A DNA stretch of 64,000 nucleotides, from NCBI GenBank assembly GCA_964016885.1, contig OZ024747.1, positions 20,522,001 through 20,586,000 of the forward strand, read 5' to 3'. The stretch is from Eledone cirrhosa. Taxonomy: Eukaryota. Below the pieces are notes generated by a model. That model had not been told where the DNA came from. It worked only from the letters and a program-made list of their open reading frames with translations, and searched no databases. Shown here piece by piece: positions 54,860 to 64,000 of the stretch (its first letter is position 1; every line of letters starts with the position of its first letter). The position numbers and the translations under genes are program-made.

Positions 54860-55383
54860 CATATGCATATGCATATATCTAATATATCTATACATGTAAT
54901 TATGTATACTTTCATTCACCCTCATATACACATACACACACACGTACATATATATATATATACATTCATATATCATTCAACGTGAGTGTGGGAGGTGAAT
55001 GTGTGGGTGTGCGTGTGTGTGTGTCTGTGTGGGTGTTTGCGTGTGTATGAGGATAGAGATAATATGAAGCTTCACTTGCTTTGTTTTTGTTTTTATTTAA
55101 ACATGTGAGCAAATATTTGCACAATCCAATATATCTATAACCAAAGTAAATACATTATTCAATATAATATACGCCACACATAAACATAAAAACACACAGA
55201 TCCACAAACCTGCACACATGTAGACACATAATATGTACACACACATGTACACACATATATATATAGATACGCGCGTATACCCAGGCATTCACAAACATAC
55301 ACACCAAGGGAGTTATTTAACAATGTCAGTTTATCTTTCGATTTACCTATTTAAATATCCTATCCCAGTACATAGCTCTCTCC

Positions 55384-55417
<34 letters not shown>

Positions 55418-55454
55418 ATCGCTCTCTCTCTCTCTATCTATCTATCTCTATCTC

Positions 55455-55557
<103 letters not shown>

Positions 55558-55670
55558 CTCTCTCACTAGTTCTATGCATACACATTCCCACACACAATAT
55601 ATACGCATATAATATATGCATAAATCATAGCACAGATATATATCTGTAACTTTTTACACTTATATACTGT

Positions 55671-55759
<89 letters not shown>

Positions 55760-55959
55760 CATACATATATGAATGAAGTCTTTTTATCACGATCATAAAT
55801 AATATGATCAAATGCTTGGTGTTATTGTTATCTAAGAGGCTACGTCCCAGAGTGATAAAAATTACCTGATTCTCCAGTTTATATTACATTATATATATAT
55901 AAATATATATATATACGTATATATGAGTATAAGTATAAATAAATATTTACCTAAATACG

Positions 55960-56003
<44 letters not shown>

Positions 56004-56050
56004 TTATTTATTTATGTATATATATATATATTATGCATATATATATATAA

Positions 56051-56089
<39 letters not shown>

Positions 56090-56090
56090 G

Positions 56091-56122
<32 letters not shown>

Positions 56123-56125
56123 ATG

Positions 56126-56185
<60 letters not shown>

Positions 56186-56293
56186 TATATACGTATTTAT
56201 GTAAATATTTATTTATACTTATACTCACATATACGTATATACATGCATAAAGCTCTCTCTCACACATACACTCACACACACACTCACCCACAG

Positions 56294-56388
<95 letters not shown>

Positions 56389-56399
56389 AAATAGGGTAT

Positions 56400-56603
56400 G
56401 GTAAAAACACCTAGCCCAATACCCACCAGAGTACTCGATACTTAGGGTAGTAGAGTGAGTAATATGAAAAGATTCAGGATCCCGACAGCTGAACTCCGGC
56501 TGTTTCCAGAGCTAGATCCGAACTCTATATTTCGGATCTAACTGTCGGATTTAGCTGTCGAAACGGCCGAAGTTCAGCCGTTGGGGTCCTGAATCTTTTC
56601 ATA
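56400..56603. mobile_element. Family F palindromic element
   Basis: atatgaaaagattcaggatcccgac... / ...gttggggtcctgaatcttttcatat, with a GAAAC half-hammerhead. Confidence 0.75.
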
Positions 56604-57084
56604 TATATATATATATAAACTTTTATATTTATATATACACACCCATAAATATGTGTATTCATCCATGCATTTATGTACTTATTCGAAGCGAGTAGTTGCC
56701 TATATGGAGTGGGAAACTATTCCCAATAGTTAAGATCGATACAATTCCCTGCCTATTTAACTGGTTCTTATTCTAATGATATGTATTGAAGATACATTTA
56801 ATAAGAATCGTTTCGATATCCGTCTAAAAATTCAAATCAGCTTACCTGCATTTGCTACAAACAACATGGCTAATCATAACAACATTAAAATAGAATATTC
56901 CCTTAGTGAAACATTTCAAAATGTGGTTAAATCTTGTTGAAAACTGACTTTCAGAAAGAGACATACAACAACAATTTTTAAAAAAATGCGAATAAAGAAA
57001 TTCTGGATGATATCGACGAAATCGGAGGAAATATTTATAAATTAAAGCCCCTACATTTTTATTAATTAACGTTTGTCTATATGA

Positions 57085-57270
57085 CTTAGCAGCAACTGTA
57101 ACGCATTTGCGGCCGTTTATGACCTGAGTTCAAATCCCGCCAAGGTTAACTTTACTTTTCATCCTTACAAGGTCGATAAAATGAAGTACTAGTCACGCAT
57201 TGGGGTCGATTTAATCGACTTTCCCCTTTCCCCAAATTGCTGGCCTTCTGCCTATATAAGTAACTATTAT
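57085..57270 (+). mobile_element. tRNA-derived SINE (diverged subfamily)
   Basis: B-box gagttcaaatcccgcc; core ttttcatccttacaaggtcgataaaatgaagtac. Confidence 0.8.
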
Positions 57271-58292
57271 CTTAGTAATATTAGAGATGTTAACAAAAAC
57301 AAAACCACACAAAAATGCCATCAAACGTTTCATTAATAAAAAAACAAAAAGATATTTGACCTCCAAAAAGGTAATGGTCATGTAAAAGGGCTTATCTCAT
57401 GCAAACAAAAACAAAAATCTTCTTCACTAACAAAGAGTGAAAAATAAAATAGAAATAATGTTTAGAGACAGTACAAACAGAACTTTTTAATACGGGTTTA
57501 TCACCATTAAACAAGAAATGAGAACTGTCAGAGAGAAACTCCGATATCAGAGATTGTGACAGAAATGAAAATTATTAATAAAAAATTCAGATGAAACCAA
57601 ACATCAGTCCATAGGGACTGAGGTTTAAATCAATAAATGTCACTGAGGATCTGTCCGGTAAAGACATAGATTTATTCTGTGGGAAAGTATGGGGTGAGGA
57701 AAAGAGGTTCAGCAGAGAAGCAGTGTGGTTGAAAAATATCAGAAGGGACTATTGTCCCTGCATTACACCAAAACATACAGCATCAATACACTTAAGACTG
57801 TGATTTATGCTATCTCATGAGGAAACTGCAGATATTTCCCTCTGGCTATGACATTAGACGATTGCCTGTGATAATTGTGTCTCTGGTATATATTACTAAC
57901 TGCCACAGTACAAATCTTGAGAATCTGGGCTTCCCAGAACCAGAAAGAACACCGTTGGTTAAGAAGTTGTAAGTACAGTGCATTAAATAAACTGTAAAAA
58001 AGCATACAAAACATTTCAGAAATTCCTCAATGTGATATCTGCATATACACACGTAAACATACAGAAACATATACACGTGTACACATATAATTCGAAACAC
58101 GTGTAATAACATCCATACCTGCACTTGTATACACAAACACATACAGACATACATACGTATTTGTGACACTGATATTAACTACATTCCAATGAAAGCGTCT
58201 CAATTCTGACAGAAACCGGCTCCCCGCCCCGTCTCTCTCTCTCACTCTCTGTGTGTGTGTGTGCGTGTGTGTATATATATATAATATATATA

Positions 58293-58330
<38 letters not shown>

Positions 58331-58339
58331 ATATAATAT

Positions 58340-58527
58340 AATTGTTTCTACTTTAGGCACAAGGCCAGCAATTACCTAGTATATTACTGGTACTTTATTT
58401 TATCGACCCCGTAAGGATGAAAGGCAAAGTCAAACTCGGCGGGATTTGAACTCAGATCGTAAAGGGACGTAACTATGCTGGAAAGCATGGCGTCCGACCC
58501 TCTACCGATACTGCCAATCCACCGCCA
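58340..58527 (-). mobile_element. tRNA-derived SINE (main family)
   Basis: Reverse complement of the 25956-26140 consensus. Confidence 0.92.
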
Positions 58528-58566
58528 TATATAATATAATATAATGTAATATATATATATATATAT

Positions 58567-58810
58567 GTGGAGGCACGTGGCCTAGTGGTAATAATGTCGT
58601 GGGCTCGTTTCCTGGGTTGCGTGTTGTGTTCTTGAGCAAAACACTTCATTTCACGTTGCTCCAGTATACTCAGCTGAGTACCAGGAATAGCTGGAGGTTT
58701 AACCCTGCGATGTCCAGGGGGGAATCTTGTACTCTCAGTCGCTTCACGCCATGAGACCGGGATAAGCACCGGCCAAATGAGCCTTCTGGCTTAAGACAGA
58801 CTTTAGATTT
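58567..58810 (+). mobile_element. Second tRNA-derived SINE family
   Basis: A-box tggcctagtgg, then gtgttgtgttcttgagcaaaacacttcatttcacgttgctccag. Decayed relatives at ~39000-39110 and ~42640-42760. Confidence 0.65.
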
Positions 58811-58844
58811 AGATAATATATATATATACACACTATATATACAC

Positions 58845-58877
<33 letters not shown>

Positions 58878-59146
58878 GGATATTAACAAATGGAAACTAT
58901 ATTTATAAAACCATATTTATTTCATTATACATATTTCAAGGACACCAAGTTAAATTATGGTGTGCTTTCATCAGATAAAATATAATATAGATCAGTTTTA
59001 TAAATAAATATTGACATACCCTTAAAGAATGCAACCATTACTGTTGGAAGCTCCCGGATAGTTTTTACTCCAAATATTTGTTGAGTGCTTTATATCAGTT
59101 ATAAAAATATTTGCTTGTTGGATCTCAACAATTTAAATAGAACTTT

Positions 59147-59150
<4 letters not shown>
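58878..59150. mobile_element. Family B element: inverted arm joined directly to the 3' tail
   Basis: 58878-59061 is nearly identical to 8633-8815, and 59062-59150 to 8907-8995. Confidence 0.85.
58919..58981 (-). ncRNA. Type I hammerhead ribozyme
   Basis: Same sequence as 8673-8735. Confidence 0.85.
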
Positions 59151-59197
<47 letters not shown>

Positions 59198-59622
59198 CAC
59201 TTTCACACATATATATGATACCGCTACCTAGAATCATTTGACAGCTGTGAAAGTCCCGTATATAAACATCCTTATGTTTAACACGTGTTGTCTTCAATAT
59301 TCAATTATTCTGAGAGGAAATATTGACAATGGTCTTCTTACCCATGGCACCTCTTGTATCATTGCCACAACATCAACAACATCAACACCATGATTTTCAT
59401 TGCCATCACCGCATCTATCACCATTTTCATTGTCATCACACATTCTACTAACATCAATAAACATCATGACGATTGCATTTATCACCATCGTCGTCGTCAT
59501 CGTCGTCGTTGACGCCATCATCATCATCATTATCACTATCATCATCATCATTATCAGCATCATTACCAACATCATCATCATCATCGGCATCCTCATAATT
59601 GGTTGTTATATTTTAGGCTATT

Positions 59623-59814
59623 TGAGAGCGGTGGATTGGCAGTATCGGTAGAGGATCGGACACCAAGCTTTGCAGCATAGAGTTACGTCCCTTTACAGTA
59701 TGTGTTCAAATCCTGCCGAAGTTAACTTTGCCTTTCATCCTTACGAGGCCGATAAAATAAAGTACCAGTAATGTACTGGGATAATTGCTGGCCTTGTGCC
59801 AAAAGTAGAAACAA
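59623..59814 (+). mobile_element. Full-length tRNA-derived SINE with 17-bp TSD
   Basis: TTATATTTTAGGCTATT at 59606-59622 and 59815-59831. Confidence 0.93.
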
Positions 59815-62286
59815 TTATATTTTAGGCTATTGCTAGTTGAACGGGCGTGGCATTGTATATTTCAATTCTCCACTATGTTTCCAACATTTTGTGGTCTAAC
59901 GTTCGCATCTGTGTACCCATATCTTAGTTTCTTGGTGTAGTACAATTTTCAAGAAGAATATGCGACCAATGACATAGATTAAATTATTTCAATCAATCGC
60001 ACAAGATATTCATATTTTATCAACTACCTGTTTAAACACAAGTACCCCTCCAAAATTTATGATACATTTCTACCCAGATACACATCCACATCATCTCAAC
60101 ATGTTATGAAAACTTTGCTACCAAATTAAACACCACTTTTACTTGCAAACAGTATGACAAGTTATCTGATATCAGAGTAACTAAATAATTTGAATCCGTG
60201 CATCCGAATTTATCTACCAACAAATTGTCGGGGTTTTTTCCTTCCATTTCCCACTACCAGTCTCATACTGCGTATACTGCGATCGCTATGTTATCTATAG
60301 AACAAAATGCATTTCTTTTCATTAAATGTCTTACTGAATTGCGATGGAATTACCAATTGCGAACATTTGGAAATAACAGAGATCTATTGATACGAGAACA
60401 CGCAACAAAAATGAATTATCTTTCTTCAAAGGAAAATCGACAGACTGTGGAAAACACTGGACAATTGTATGCTTTCATCAGATGCAAAGTAAATAACTAA
60501 TACGTGAACACCCAGCTGCGTCTTTACGATAAACTATCAAAATCGCGAGTGAACTGCCTTAAATGATTACACTTAAATACGAATTTCGAGCGATTGATGA
60601 AAATCTTGGTTATTGTAAGAAACTACTAGAACATAGGACAATGGACCGTAAGGAAATGAGTTAAAACTAACCTGAATAGCTCCTCATCAACAAGACTTCA
60701 CTGAAGTCTACTAACTGTTTGGCTCGACTATACAAAGGAGTTTAAGTTTGTCCCTACTTCTTTGCTGCTAAAGTACATATGTCTTGTCAATGTTTCGAAG
60801 CCATTAATAGCCTGACTAAAATACAACTCACAGCGCTATCACTAGGAAGTGAAGCAATTACTAAAGTCAGTAACAGAGTTAGATTACAACAGGAAAATAT
60901 CAATGTGACATCTCGTAGAGTAATGTGCTAGCAGTGAGGTACTTGACAGACATTTGGGTAAATACCATAGCTACATGTTAAAATCCTGAATTTAGGGAAT
61001 ATTTAACGTAAAACATTCTTTTTGTCGATTAACTTTAGCCTAATTTAGGTAATATTCATGAGGCCACATCTTTCGTCACAACTTTCTCATGGGATACAGC
61101 TATGGATTTGGTCGTGATTTACTTGTTAGTTAATCGGCGAAAACACTACTGACCATACGAGGTAATATCAGTGGCAAATCTATCTTGTCTATCTTCAATG
61201 ACAATTAACTCAAGAGAACGTTGCATACTGTGGCTACTGTGAGTAAAACTAAAGTGACAAAGGGATAATTCAACAGTCGTTTTAAAATGCATGGATATCA
61301 GAGCCATCTGCATTCCCATAATGCATTCCCTTAAGCAATATTCCATAATGATTTTGCATTGCCAATGTAAATACAAATATTTGAGAGACTACACAAGACG
61401 CTTCAAGAAATTAACAGCTTGTAGATCAATATTAAGAATAAAGTAGCTTCCAGGTAAAGTCTAAATCACTAAATCAACAATGACGTTGACAGTGTGTTTG
61501 GTAAAAAGGAGGAATAGCAGGAGAATCCCAATGACTGACAATCACAGTTCAAACAGCTTTTGAGTGCCACATCACACAATGCCTGCCAAAGGTCAAAATT
61601 ATTACATTACATGTGTTAAAATAAACTCGACGTGACACAAGTATAGCTGACGTAACCAACTTAAACGGACATTTGCAGACAAAGCCCCAATCATATTAGC
61701 AGAACGTTATCCATGGGTGCATATAGCAACAGCTAGAGGATGCCACTACCATTATCAGTACGAATAACCTCTCATATACCGCAGTTAGATATTTCACACC
61801 CCATGTTATCAAACCTTCTTACCATGTTTATTAACCATGTTTATCTCGGCAATGGTGGGTTTGATTTTCATACCAATAGCAGAATTTGAGCGCACATTAA
61901 CAATAGACACGCTAGTAGAACATTCCAATAAATTGAGCAATCCGGTGCAAACATTACACAGCTAATATATGATGGGAAACCAGTATCTTGCGCTGCTGAC
62001 CAGTGAATATGGATATACAGTCAAGGTTTGAGGGAAATAGAACATTTATGGTGATCTAAAGCGCAATTACGTACATTGTATCCAGATTATAGATTTTCTA
62101 TTTGCACCTATTATCATAGATCCAATGGTCTTACATAAAAGCCTAGAAATGCTAAAAGATTCTACGTAAGAACAAAGAAAACTGTCACAAGATTCACATC
62201 CATTCGTTTAGTAGTACTATATTTTAGATTTGTAAAACATTGCAAATATTGTTTTGAGTTTCTGGAAATGAACACACACACACACA

Positions 62287-62374
<88 letters not shown>

Positions 62375-62699
62375 TCATTTACTAAAGCATGGGTTTTCCC
62401 GTAACATGAAGGGAAGTTCAAAAAGTATGTCTACATATACACTTAAATATACATACACATTGACTCAATTACATAATTCCAAATCGCTGAAGCGGTTTTC
62501 ATTCAAATAAAAATGTATTTTAACCATGGTAGCGAGTAGCTTCAATTGTGTGAAAAAAAAATTAAATAAATCTGAAAGAAAGTAATACAATCTAGAATTA
62601 AACTGTTTAAATATACACCCAGTAAGTTGTAGAATTGTCATGTCAACATACAGAATTTTCAGTGATTATTAAACTATCAAGATCGATACATTGAATTTG

Positions 62700-62850
62700 G
62701 ACGGCAAATTGGCAGAGTTCTCTGACGGACGAATAAAAACTTTTACGGTATTCGGCTTGACTCTCTCCGCCCAGTGAGTTCAAATCCCACCCCTGTCGAC
62801 TTTGCCTTTTATCCTTTCGAGGTCGATAAAAATGTTACCAGTTGAAAACT
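62700..62850 (+). mobile_element. Diverged tRNA-derived SINE
   Basis: gagttcaaatcccacc..gactttgccttttatcctttcgaggtcgataaaa. Confidence 0.75.
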
Positions 62851-62915
62851 GAGGTTAACACTCCCACTGTGTCTTTTTCTTATTTGGTCTTCGTTTTAGT
62901 CTTCTTCTTCGTCTT

Positions 62916-63004
<89 letters not shown>

Positions 63005-63477
63005 ACCGCTCTCTCCTTCTCTGTAAAAAAAAATCGGTTATGTTCAAACCTGGAGAATTATGGGCACCCATCGGTATATGACAAGTGTCATTTCACGTCG
63101 ACACTCCTAAGACTCCATCACGATTTACGGTTTCATACATACTGAAACTCATTCTGTCATGTACACCCATTTACGACAATTATTTTTCTCATTGTTTATA
63201 TGCGTGTGAAAGTAATTATTATTTATATTCTATTTTTTTTTTTTCGTGTCTTTGATATTGGGTTATATTTATTTGAATCTGGAGTTTCAATTATGTTGCA
63301 AAATTTGATTTATTCCAGTACGTCTTTTAAAACAAAATACTTCCCATTCCATTTAGTTCCTCTTTAAATCCTTGTTTACGTCAATATAATCTCACATTTA
63401 CAAACACACGATAGGCACACATTCACATGTACATATATGCATACATAGAAACGTGTGTATATATACATATATATATA

Positions 63478-63705
<228 letters not shown>

Positions 63706-64000
63706 TGTCTTCACGACACTCTTGATCGCTACGTTAGGTATCAAAACCCCTATATAGACATAAACGTTATTATGCTTTACTTAGGGACCATGTCATCAGA
63801 TGAATAGATAAGACGACTGACGTTACTTCGTATCTGATCCCGTAATATCAAAGAGAGTAAAGACGCTAATTATCTTATAGCTATTCAAGGGGTGTAACTC
63901 TTAAACCTCTCTAAGACAGTGTCACTGGACTGAGATCTTTGGCGCTACGCAGTAGCGAAACCTAGTCAGTAGCTACCTCTTAATCAAATATACACCCCCA

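Overview
This is an AT-rich, microsatellite-saturated eukaryotic non-genic window. The SINE and microsatellite content suggests a mollusc, most likely a cephalopod such as Octopus (inference). I find no convincing host gene; almost all ORFs in the track are translated (TA)n/(CA)n/(GA)n repeats. Real coding remnants are (i) a head-to-tail stack of five Tx1/L1-clade LINE pieces at ~11.75-22.0 kb, including one full-length but disabled copy, and (ii) a Penelope-like (PLE) GIY-YIG endonuclease 3' fragment at 34.7-35.1 kb. About ten tRNA-derived SINE copies are also present. The main hidden signal is RNA structure. I can read 15 type-I hammerhead ribozymes with an intact core plus about 8 variant or damaged ones, from roughly 8-10 distinct sequence families. 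Most sit in short non-coding palindromic elements embedded in (TA)n tracts, with divergent hammerhead pairs. Across families they share a palindromic stem III, an unpaired C at position 4 of stem II, and a 3' tail with an ACTC...GAGT(G/A)C motif present on only one arm. One family carries a U3:A8 compensated catalytic core. All folds were read by eye and need computational and biochemical confirmation.
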